The notes below the pieces were generated by a model. It was not told where the DNA came from and ran no database searches. It saw only the letters and a program-made list of their open reading frames with translations. A stretch of 64,000 nucleotides of DNA, taken from Bacteroidota bacterium (GTDB lineage: Bacteria > Bacteroidota > Bacteroidia > JACPRZ01). How positions within the stretch are numbered: position 1 is the first letter of the stretch; each line of letters starts with the position of its first letter. Below are positions 55,723-64,000 of this stretch, piece by piece. The stretch is from assembly GCA_016193485.1 (NCBI GenBank), contig JACPRZ010000063.1, forward strand, positions 128,156 to 192,155, given 5' to 3'. Position numbers and translations under genes: made by a program.

Positions 55723-58119
55723 TTAACCGCCAAAGTTAAAAGAAAACCGTAACGCAAAAGTTCGTGGCGATTCAATTTTAAGAGGACGCAGGGAATAACT
55801 TAAATTAAATACATTATTCACCACAAAAGATGCTTTGAGTTTTTTTGTTACATCTACACCTATCCGGACATCAAATAAGTGAATGCCTTTATTATTTTTA
55901 TTCCTGTATTTTTCAATGCCGCTGTGCATCTGCGGTTCAAACAGATAAAATACCATATCAATGTTCTGGATATAACTGTAATAACGCCAACTGCCGCCTA
56001 TTGAAATAAACCTGTAAGTTAACTGCAGGTCGGCTTTGGCATGGTGTTGAAAACGGTACTTTAAAACATTACCGGTAGTATCGGTGCTCGTAAAATTATA
56101 TGACATGGTTTGAGGAGTACTGTCTGTGGCAAATACTCCGGCAGGATTAACCGCCTGCGGCAACACATAGGTATAACCGCCTAAAATATCTATTTTAAAG
56201 TCATTGGTAATTTTTCCTTCACCAGGCAGTGATACTTCAAATCCTTTCACGCGTGTAGGTCCGGTATTGAGGTATTTGAACCCGGCAGATATACTGTCAT
56301 CGCCAAAAATGTCTTTATCCTTATCCCAAACCCCGTAGGTAAATTCAATAGTGTTTTGATATTCTTGCCAAAATGCAGCCACATCAATAAACCCTACGAA
56401 TTTTTTTATTTTAAATCCCTGTTTGATTCCGAATTCCGTATTCCAACCTGTCTCGGGTTTCAAAATGGGGTTAGGGTAAATAGCCAACCCGCCAATATCG
56501 GAGTGAATATATTTTTCGGTGATGGTCGGAAAGCGGTACCCCTGTCCGTATGAATAGCGCAGGAAAGTGGCATCTGTCAGTTGTAAATTTAATCCTGAAC
56601 GGAAAATCGGTTGAGAAGCAACTTCTTCGTCATTCACTTTAAAGAACTCGTCCCTGAAACCGGCTGACACATTTAATCTACCCCAGAATTTTTTATCTAA
56701 CTGGGTATAAATAGCATAATTTTCAAGGTAGTTTACCGGTAGTATTCCTTTGTATGGTAGTCCTGATTTGGAATTTGTCTGGTTCCTTATTATTCCGCCT
56801 GTAATATTTAAGTCATTAAGAAATTTAATATTTTTAATTACCTGGAATTCGCTATATGAAACATCAGTTTCTATTGTTTGATCGGGCATTACATTTTTCG
56901 TGGCAAAGTAACGTGTACGCATAATGTATCTGAATCCCCCGTCTGTATAATAATTAAGGAATGGTTCAATATAATAAATGACTTGATTTTGCAATGTCAA
57001 AGTATTGGGAAATGCGCGGTAGATACCTGTAGTATCATCATCCCAAATTAATGATATATTATTTTGCGATTTCATAAAATTGACATTGACACCAAGGTTC
57101 AAATGCGGAATTTTTTCCGGACGGTAGCGCAAATTACAATTCAGCCGCCTTGTTTTTTCGCCTACTTCGCTTTCCCGGATTGTTGTATCACTGGCATTAA
57201 AACCGCGATATTTTGGCGGACCGATAAAACCATGGTCGTAAATATCCATCCCTCCAAGAACCATATCGGCTTGGTCGAATTTTTCAGAAAATAAAAAACT
57301 CGTGCCGTAAAAAGTGGCTGTTCCTTTCCACCATTTAGCGCTGTCGGTGGAGGGTGAATCATAGACACCTGCATAAGTAGATACCTTAAAAACCGGTTCA
57401 TCTTTGGGATAGGCGGTACGGATATTTATACTACCACTTAATGCTGATGAACCATAAGTTACCGAAGATGCGCCCTTGATGACTTCAATTTGTTCCACAT
57501 TTTCAAGAGGGATAAAATTCCATTCCGGTCGTCCGCCATCACCCGCCAATGCGGGTAAACCGTCAATCAATATGGCAACACGACTCCCGATGCCGAAATT
57601 AAAACCGCTACCACCGCGCATCTGCGGCTCGCCATCTAAAATATTCAGGCCGGGAGTTTGTTCCAACACTCCTTTGATATTGGTTGAATTTTTGTTTTCA
57701 ATGAGCACCGGCTTTAACACCTCCATTGAAACGGTTATCTCGTTCAACTTTTGTTCAAATTTCCCTGCCGAAATAACCATGGTCTCTAATTGAATGGAAG
57801 AGGATTGCAAACGGAAATCATGCATTGTTGGCTTCAGCGAGTCAATAAAAACAACTATTGTATCGGATTTAAAACCCATGAAGGAACAAACTACGGAATG
57901 TTTCCCATGCTTCAGTTGTAACTGATATTTTCCGTCAAAATCGCTGACCGTACCGTGAGTAATATCCGAAAGGTCATAGATGTTTGCCCCGGGGATGGGC
58001 TCCTTGCCGGATGCATCTGTTACAATTCCTTTTAAAGTTCCGGAATTTTGAGCGAAAAGCAGACCGGAAGAGAAAAGGGAGCATGCAAGGTACAAAATGA
58101 CGGGAAGACGAAACAACAT
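55723..58119 (-). CDS. TonB-dependent receptor with an N-terminal carboxypeptidase-regulatory-like domain
   Basis: 798 aa with a signal peptide, a CarbopepD_reg-like domain, a plug and a beta-barrel. The C-terminal aromatic residue is consistent with the TBDR family. Confidence 0.75.
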   Translation of the reverse strand: MLFRLPVILYLACSLFSSGLLFAQNSGTLKGIVTDASGKEPIPGANIYDLSDITHGTVSDFDGKYQLQLKHGKHSVVCSFMGFKSDTIVVFIDSLKPTMHDFRLQSSSIQLETMVISAGKFEQKLNEITVSMEVLKPVLIENKNSTNIKGVLEQTPGLNILDGEPQMRGGSGFNFGIGSRVAILIDGLPALAGDGGRPEWNFIPLENVEQIEVIKGASSVTYGSSALSGSINIRTAYPKDEPVFKVSTYAGVYDSPSTDSAKWWKGTATFYGTSFLFSEKFDQADMVLGGMDIYDHGFIGPPKYRGFNASDTTIRESEVGEKTRRLNCNLRYRPEKIPHLNLGVNVNFMKSQNNISLIWDDDTTGIYRAFPNTLTLQNQVIYYIEPFLNYYTDGGFRYIMRTRYFATKNVMPDQTIETDVSYSEFQVIKNIKFLNDLNITGGIIRNQTNSKSGLPYKGILPVNYLENYAIYTQLDKKFWGRLNVSAGFRDEFFKVNDEEVASQPIFRSGLNLQLTDATFLRYSYGQGYRFPTITEKYIHSDIGGLAIYPNPILKPETGWNTEFGIKQGFKIKKFVGFIDVAAFWQEYQNTIEFTYGVWDKDKDIFGDDSISAGFKYLNTGPTRVKGFEVSLPGEGKITNDFKIDILGGYTYVLPQAVNPAGVFATDSTPQTMSYNFTSTDTTGNVLKYRFQHHAKADLQLTYRFISIGGSWRYYSYIQNIDMVFYLFEPQMHSGIEKYRNKNNKGIHLFDVRIGVDVTKKLKASFVVNNVFNLSYSLRPLKIESPRTFALRFSFNFGG

Positions 58120-58288
58120 AAAGGATAGGCAATAAAATGTATTTCAACAAATCCGAAACAAATTCAATTCAGGAAATTTTAATAATTCAAAAATTTGTTT
58201 TTATTTTTGGATTTTGAATTTGAAATTGTTTCGAATTTCGCCTGCCTGACGGACAGGCAGGGGTTTTGAGATTCGGATTTTAATACTA

Positions 58289-60799
58289 TTATTCTACCTT
58301 CAATAATGGGAACACTGAAATCCCATCATCGGAAATCATTTGCACCATCAGCAACCCGTTTGATAATCCGTGCGCAGCAACCTCTTTTTTGAAAGAACCG
58401 CCAGCATGATAAAAAGAAGATGAGCGGAGTATTTGCCCGGATGAGGCGATGATTTTAATTTCATATTTACTCGCAGTTGCATTGTCTGCTGCTATGAAAA
58501 ATATTTTCCCTGCAGGGTTTGGGTATATTTTGATGCCGGATGCTTCATTTTGCCAGCGCGATTCTATTGAGATGTAAAATGAAACCTGAACGCTGTCCGT
58601 TTCAATGCATCCATTCCCATCAGTCACGGTGACAAAATATTTACCGCTTGCCAAACCCGTTGCCGTAGTGGTGGTTTGAGAATTACTGTCACTCCACTGA
58701 TAGGTGTAGGGCGTTGTCCCGCCTGAAACAAGTACTGTTGCCGTTCCGTCAGCGCTTCCCGAATCGGCAGTTGACACCAGGGTGGTTATAATAGCAGCCG
58801 GCTCAATGATGGTTGCTGAAGCAATAGCCTTCCCTCCGCATGAATCAGTAACAGTAATGGTGTAACTGCCAACTGCCAACTGTTCACTGCCAACTGTTGT
58901 ATCACCATTACTCCAACTATAAGTATACGGGGGGGTGCCTCCTGAATATGTTGCTGTGGCGCTTCCATTATTTGTCCCATAACAGAGAACATCATTTTTT
59001 ACAACAGAGACCGAAAGCGTCTGGGGTTCGGTGATAGTTACATTTAAAAAGGATTGGCAGCCGGAGTTATCTGTTACGGTTACAACATAAGTGTTCGCGT
59101 ATAGTCCTGTTGCTGATGGCGTTGATTGGTTAAACGGATCGCTCCATAAATAAGTATAGGGGGGGGTACCACCAGTTGCGGTAATGGCGGCTTCACCGTT
59201 ATTGCCACCGTTGCACGACACATTCGTTTTGGAAGTAACAGTTAGTGTTGCGCCTCCGGTTGCATTGACCAGTGCATTGGATGATTCCATACAACCGTTT
59301 CCATCGACAACAGTAATGTAATATACTCCTGCCGCAAGTCCGGTAGTGGTTTGTGTCGTTGCTCCATTTGACCACTGGTAAGTCAACGCTCCGGTTCCAC
59401 CGCTGGCGCTGGCAGTTGCAGTTCCGTTATTGCTTCCGCACGAAGCATCAGTTGTGGTTACGGTGATTACAATTGCAACGGGCTGTGAAATGGTAACTGA
59501 ACCTGTCTGTGTGCAGGTATTAACATCAGTAACTGTTGTTGTATAGGTTCCTGCAACCAGTCCTGTTACAGTCGAACCGGTTTGCCCGTTCGACCATGAA
59601 TAGGAATAACCCGGTGTGCCGCCTGCAACAGTTATTGTCGCTGTTCCGGTACTTTCGCCATTACAGGAAACATCTGTTTTAGTTGTCGTAACCGTTAATG
59701 CTGTAGGTTGGGTAACTGATGCGGTGACAGTTGAGGTGCAGTTATTCGCATCTGTAACGGTAACTGTGTAGGTGCCGGCAGGAACATTTGTAATGTTCTG
59801 ATTTGATCCAAGTCCACCGCTCCATGAGTATGAATAACCCGCAGTGCCACCTGAACCGGTAGCCGACAGTGTACCGGTATTTGTTCCATTGCAAAGGGCA
59901 GGTGTAGCCGTTGCGGTTGCTGAAACTGCTGTTGCAGGTTGGGTAATTGTTACTGATGTTGTTGCCGTTCCGCTTATAGCGTCTGTAACGGTAACCGTGT
60001 AGGTACCTGCACATAAGCCGGTTGCAGTTGATGTTGCCTGGGCGTTGCTCCACTGGTATGTAAAAGGAGAAGTTCCGCCCGTAAGGGTTGCCGTTGCGGA
60101 ACCGGTGCAATTTCCGTTGCATAATACGTTTGTTGACGATGTAATGGTTACCGAAACCGGTGTAACAGGATTAATAATCAATTCCAAATCATCAAAGAAT
60201 GCCATGCTGTTAATTACCGGGCTGACATCATCTTTGCTTGAACTGAGCAGCCAGATTGAGTTAGCAACGGCATTTGTTGAGAAGTAAACCAATGGAGCGG
60301 AAAACCGGGTGTAAGCGCTGACTGTAGTTGATGGAGTTTCAAATCTTGCTTTTGCAACGGTATCGGCATTATTGGCGGCAGACCCGAACAACATAAATTC
60401 CGCAAAACCATTGTCTCCGCCCTGGGGAGTATATTTATACCACCCGGCAATACTGTCTGGTCTCAAGGTATAGGGAATTCCACCGGTAATGGGGTCACCG
60501 GTTGAAGTCGGTAAGGTCCCTGTGGTTACTACACCGGGTGCATCAACACTGAGAAGATTTTTCGTAATCAATTTTACCGCTGCAGTACCGCTATGAACAT
60601 CAGCACCGGTGGCTTTTACACAACCGAATTGGCCGATGATTGCAGTTTGAGAATTTGCACTTTCCCAGTCATCAGGGTCGGAATAACTGGGAAAACAGCA
60701 AGTTGTCCAGTTTTCAAATCCCGCATTGGGTGTTGCCTGGGCGAACAATCCTGTCGTGTACAGTACAGGAACAATTATCAGGGTAAAGATTTTTTTCAT
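58289..60799 (-). CDS. SprB-repeat cell-surface protein with a C-terminal T9SS type-A sorting domain
   Basis: 836 aa with at least 8 tandem ~75-aa repeats matching C.G...G....GGT.PY.Y.WSNG (for example VLCNGNCTGSATATLTGGTSPFTYQWSN), and a C-terminal KIYPNPAGKIFF...LLKVE tail. Confidence 0.8.
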   Translation of the reverse strand: MKKIFTLIIVPVLYTTGLFAQATPNAGFENWTTCCFPSYSDPDDWESANSQTAIIGQFGCVKATGADVHSGTAAVKLITKNLLSVDAPGVVTTGTLPTSTGDPITGGIPYTLRPDSIAGWYKYTPQGGDNGFAEFMLFGSAANNADTVAKARFETPSTTVSAYTRFSAPLVYFSTNAVANSIWLLSSSKDDVSPVINSMAFFDDLELIINPVTPVSVTITSSTNVLCNGNCTGSATATLTGGTSPFTYQWSNAQATSTATGLCAGTYTVTVTDAISGTATTSVTITQPATAVSATATATPALCNGTNTGTLSATGSGGTAGYSYSWSGGLGSNQNITNVPAGTYTVTVTDANNCTSTVTASVTQPTALTVTTTKTDVSCNGESTGTATITVAGGTPGYSYSWSNGQTGSTVTGLVAGTYTTTVTDVNTCTQTGSVTISQPVAIVITVTTTDASCGSNNGTATASASGGTGALTYQWSNGATTQTTTGLAAGVYYITVVDGNGCMESSNALVNATGGATLTVTSKTNVSCNGGNNGEAAITATGGTPPYTYLWSDPFNQSTPSATGLYANTYVVTVTDNSGCQSFLNVTITEPQTLSVSVVKNDVLCYGTNNGSATATYSGGTPPYTYSWSNGDTTVGSEQLAVGSYTITVTDSCGGKAIASATIIEPAAIITTLVSTADSGSADGTATVLVSGGTTPYTYQWSDSNSQTTTTATGLASGKYFVTVTDGNGCIETDSVQVSFYISIESRWQNEASGIKIYPNPAGKIFFIAADNATASKYEIKIIASSGQILRSSSFYHAGGSFKKEVAAHGLSNGLLMVQMISDDGISVFPLLKVE

Positions 60800-60885
60800 A
60801 GGATTTGATTTGGGATTTTACAGCATCAATGTGTTCATAAATTCAATGTTGTCAACAAAAGTAAACAAAATATTTAATCCGCTCC

Positions 60886-61329
60886 CTACGTCCTCTTCTT
60901 CTCAAAAAACTCCTTCAATATCCGTGCACACTCTTCCTTTAATACCCCCCCCTTGAATTTTGTTTTCGGATGCAGAATATTTTTTTTCAGCCGCATAAAC
61001 CCCCGGTCAGGATCATCAGCGCCCCAGATTACCATTCCTATCCTTGTCCAGTATGCAGCGCCTGCGCACATAACGCATGGTTCAAGTGTGACATAAAGCG
61101 TGCAGTCCTGCAGATATTTCCCACCGATATTTGCCGTTGCGGAAGTGAATGCCTGCATCTCGGCATGAGCGGTAGGATCATTCAATGTTCCGGTAAGATT
61201 ATGAGCGCGGGCAATGATTCGCTCCCTGCAGACAATTACGGCACCCACGGGAACTTCTTTTGCATCCATGGCAACCTGGGCTTCTTTCAGCGCAAGGCGC
61301 ATGAAATACGCATGATCGTATTTCAACAT
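60886..61329 (-). CDS. tadA: tRNA adenosine(34) deaminase
   Basis: CMP/dCMP deaminase zinc motifs HAEMQA and PCVMCAGA. Confidence 0.9.
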   Translation of the reverse strand: MLKYDHAYFMRLALKEAQVAMDAKEVPVGAVIVCRERIIARAHNLTGTLNDPTAHAEMQAFTSATANIGGKYLQDCTLYVTLEPCVMCAGAAYWTRIGMVIWGADDPDRGFMRLKKNILHPKTKFKGGVLKEECARILKEFFEKKRT

Positions 61330-61439
61330 ATTATTACAAACATAAGTGAATTGACCTGATAATGAACATCCTGCAGTATCTGAACGTGCATAACCTCTCT
61401 TTTGCTAAATTTGTGGTTTTACCATTCCCGAAAAAAATT

Positions 61440-63191
61440 ATGCTTCGTACCCACACCTGCGGGGAACTGACTATCCGCGATACCGGAAAAAACGTAACCC
61501 TGTGCGGGTGGGTACAGGGAACTCGCGACCTGGGGGGTATGACCTTTGTTGACCTGCGTGACAGGTATGGGATCACCCAGTTATTGTTCAACATGGATGT
61601 GAATCCCGCATTATGTGAACGGGCAAGAACGTTCGGAAGGGAATTTGTCGTAAGTGCCACGGGAAAAGTAACGGTGCGCAGTAATAAAAATCCGAAAATG
61701 GTTACCGGGGATATTGAAATTGAAGTGGAGGAACTTGAAATCCTTAACGCTTCAAAAACCCCCCCCTTTACGGTTGAAGAACAGTCGGACGGAGGGGATG
61801 ACCTGCGCATGAAATTCCGCTTCATAGACCTGCGCAGAACGCCTGTGCAGAAAAATATTATCCTCCGCCACTGTCTTGCGCAGGAAGTGCGGAATTATTT
61901 CAATAAGAACAATTTCCTTGAAATTGAAACGCCTTTCCTGATAAAATCTACACCAGAGGGTGCCCGCGATTTTATCGTTCCTTCACGGATGAACCCCGGC
62001 CAGTTTTATGCCTTGCCCCAGTCACCGCAGATTTTCAAACAACTGCTGATGGTATCGGGTTACGACCGTTATTACCAGATCGTGCGATGCTTCCGCGATG
62101 AAGACCTGCGCGCGGACCGCCAGCCCGAATTTACCCAGATTGACTGCGAAATGTCGTTTGTCACACGGGAAGATACCCTGTTCATGTTTGAAGGCATGAT
62201 GAAGCATCTCTTTCGCACCATAAAGAATATTGAACTGCCGGATTTCCCGAGAATTAATTATGATGAGGCAATGGCTTATTACGGAACCGATAAACCCGAC
62301 CTGCGGTTCGGCATGAAAATAGAAGACATTACAGAACTCGTAAAAGGCAAAGGATTTAAAATTCTTGATGAAGCTGAATTTATTGGAGGTATCTGCGCCA
62401 CCGGTTGTTCAGAGTATTCCCGGAAACAACTGGATGAACTGACGGAATATGTTAAACGTCCGCAGATCGGAGCCGGTGGACTTATTTATGTAAAATTCAC
62501 ACCCGGTGATACGGTCAAATCGTCTGTTGACAAATTTTATTCTGCTGACGACCTGAAGCGATGGGGGAAGATTGATAATGCAAAAGAGGGCGACCTGCTG
62601 CTTATTCTGGCAGGGAAAAAAGTGAAAACGCTTAAAGCGCTGTCTGAATTGCGCCTTGAAATGGGCAGGCGGCTGAATCTTATGGACCGAGAAAAATTTT
62701 CTCCTTTATGGGTTATCAATTTCCCGTTATTTGAATGGGATGAAGAGACGCAAAGATGGTATGCGGTGCATCATCCGTTCACCGCACCCAATCCGGAAGA
62801 TGCGCATTTTATTGAAGGGGATCCGGGCAGGGTAAGGGCCAATGCCTACGATATGGTTATCAACGGCATTGAACTCGGGGGGGGATCTATACGGATACAC
62901 AGCCGGAACATGCAGGAACGTATATTCAGACGCCTTGGTTTTTCGGAAACCGAAGCGCAGGAAAAATTCGGTTTTCTGATGAAAGCGTTTGAATTTGGCG
63001 CCCCTCCGCATGGCGGCATCGCGTTCGGATTCGACCGTATCTGTGCTCTTTTTGGCGGCAGCGATTCCATACGTGACTTTATCGCCTTCCCTAAGAACAA
63101 TGCGGCACGCGATATGATGACCGATGCACCCGCCCAGGTTACACATGACCAATTGAAGGAATTGTCACTTGAAATAACACATCCATGTTGA
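61440..63191 (+). CDS. aspS: aspartate--tRNA ligase
   Basis: N-terminal OB fold (VTLCGWV), class-II motifs ([26 protein letters not shown]) and a GAD insertion. Confidence 0.9.
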   Translation: MLRTHTCGELTIRDTGKNVTLCGWVQGTRDLGGMTFVDLRDRYGITQLLFNMDVNPALCERARTFGREFVVSATGKVTVRSNKNPKMVTGDIEIEVEELEILNASKTPPFTVEEQSDGGDDLRMKFRFIDLRRTPVQKNIILRHCLAQEVRNYFNKNNFLEIETPFLIKSTPEGARDFIVPSRMNPGQFYALPQSPQIFKQLLMVSGYDRYYQIVRCFRDEDLRADRQPEFTQIDCEMSFVTREDTLFMFEGMMKHLFRTIKNIELPDFPRINYDEAMAYYGTDKPDLRFGMKIEDITELVKGKGFKILDEAEFIGGICATGCSEYSRKQLDELTEYVKRPQIGAGGLIYVKFTPGDTVKSSVDKFYSADDLKRWGKIDNAKEGDLLLILAGKKVKTLKALSELRLEMGRRLNLMDREKFSPLWVINFPLFEWDEETQRWYAVHHPFTAPNPEDAHFIEGDPGRVRANAYDMVINGIELGGGSIRIHSRNMQERIFRRLGFSETEAQEKFGFLMKAFEFGAPPHGGIAFGFDRICALFGGSDSIRDFIAFPKNNAARDMMTDAPAQVTHDQLKELSLEITHPC

Positions 63192-64000
63192 AAGGGGTAC
63201 CGCTTCTTGAAGTAAAAAACCTGGTTACAGAGTTTATCACCGAGGATGAAACGGTTCGGGCGGTAAACGGCATCAATTTTTCAGTGAACCCGGGTGAAGT
63301 TCTCGGTATTGTAGGTGAGTCAGGTTCCGGCAAATCGGTCACTGCTCTTTCCATCATGCGGCTTATTCCCAATCCTCCGGGAATTATCCGTGAAGGGGAA
63401 ATAATTTATCACAACTCCGAAAACGGACCCGTGGATCTTCTTGCGTTAAAGGAAAACGAAATGCGTAAATACAGGGGCAACCGCTTTGCCATGATCTTCC
63501 AGGAACCGATGACCTCTCTAAACCCGGTATTTACCAACGGAGAGCAGGTCACCGAAGCCATTATGCTTCACAGAAAGGTTACCCAGAAAGAAGCAAATGA
63601 ATTAACGCTTTCACTTTTCAACGAAGTAAAATTACCGCGTCCCACGGATATTTTTGACAGTTATCCCCATGAACTTTCCGGTGGACAGAAACAGCGCGTT
63701 ATGATCGCTATGGCGCTCTCCTGCAATCCATCGGTCCTTATTGCCGATGAACCCACCACCGCGCTGGATGTGACAGTACAGAAAGCCATTCTTGAACTGA
63801 TGGGCGAATTGCAGGAAAAACATAAGATGGCAATCATTTTTATCAGTCATGATCTTGGTGTTATTTCAGAAATTGCCAACCGCGTCATTGTCATGTACAA
63901 GGGGAGAATAGTTGAGCAGGGAAATATCCGTGAAGTGTTTTTTAATCCGAACCATCCCTACACCAAGGGCTTGCTTGCCTGCCGCCCTCCGCTCGACAGG
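63185..64000 (+). CDS. ABC transporter ATP-binding protein (oligopeptide/dipeptide DppD/OppD-like), 3'-truncated by the window edge
   Basis: Walker A GESGSGKS, the ABC signature LSGGQKQR and a Walker [13 protein letters not shown]. Confidence 0.85.
   Translation, partial: MLKGVPLLEVKNLVTEFITEDETVRAVNGINFSVNPGEVLGIVGESGSGKSVTALSIMRLIPNPPGIIREGEIIYHNSENGPVDLLALKENEMRKYRGNRFAMIFQEPMTSLNPVFTNGEQVTEAIMLHRKVTQKEANELTLSLFNEVKLPRPTDIFDSYPHELSGGQKQRVMIAMALSCNPSVLIADEPTTALDVTVQKAILELMGELQEKHKMAIIFISHDLGVISEIANRVIVMYKGRIVEQGNIREVFFNPNHPYTKGLLACRPPLDR

Overview
This 64-kb window is a chromosomal segment that looks like Bacteroidota at about 50% GC. Lineage markers are T9SS C-terminal sorting domains, SprB repeats, a TonB-dependent receptor, and GxxExxY and IPExxxVDY genes in the fabF-rnc-pyk neighbourhood. 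Most of it is densely packed housekeeping genes: purN, a frameshifted PBP1a, hppD-hmgA, ispG, tRNA-Met(CAT), recJ, acpP-fabF-rnc-pyk, anmK, dihydroorotase, ferritin, an EF-G paralog, uvrC, tadA, aspS and an ABC ATPase. The most system-like region is a 10-gene co-directional operon on the minus strand (32137..41502). It encodes a group-4-hydrogenase/complex-I-like membrane module in hyfB-hycD-hyfE-hyfF-large-subunit-ferredoxin::small-subunit order. The [NiFe]-ligating cysteines and most proximal Fe-S cysteines appear to be replaced, which would make it an Ehr-type module. It is translationally coupled to a class-II (CxxCH) cytochrome c, arsC and tatD, and sits next to an NfnAB/SudBA-like pair that is split by a DUF559 gene flanked by nested palindromic elements. 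Other notable items follow. A dispersed 16-18 bp palindrome family (CCCGATAG.TATCGGG) occurs at eight or more loci, including two insertions in a decayed tRNA-Met copy and in-frame copies in signal-peptide coding regions. A low-GC (~36-38%) efflux island carries an in-frame RND permease::adaptor fusion plus TolC, bounded by a 190-bp polypyrimidine tract. A 56-bp tandem repeat array with CTGAC-N7-GTCAG palindromes lies upstream of PBP1a. The GxxExxY gene sits in a cassette bounded by terminal inverted repeats. G/C homopolymer tracts of 7-10 nt are unusually frequent. There are no CRISPR arrays, rRNA genes or integrases.
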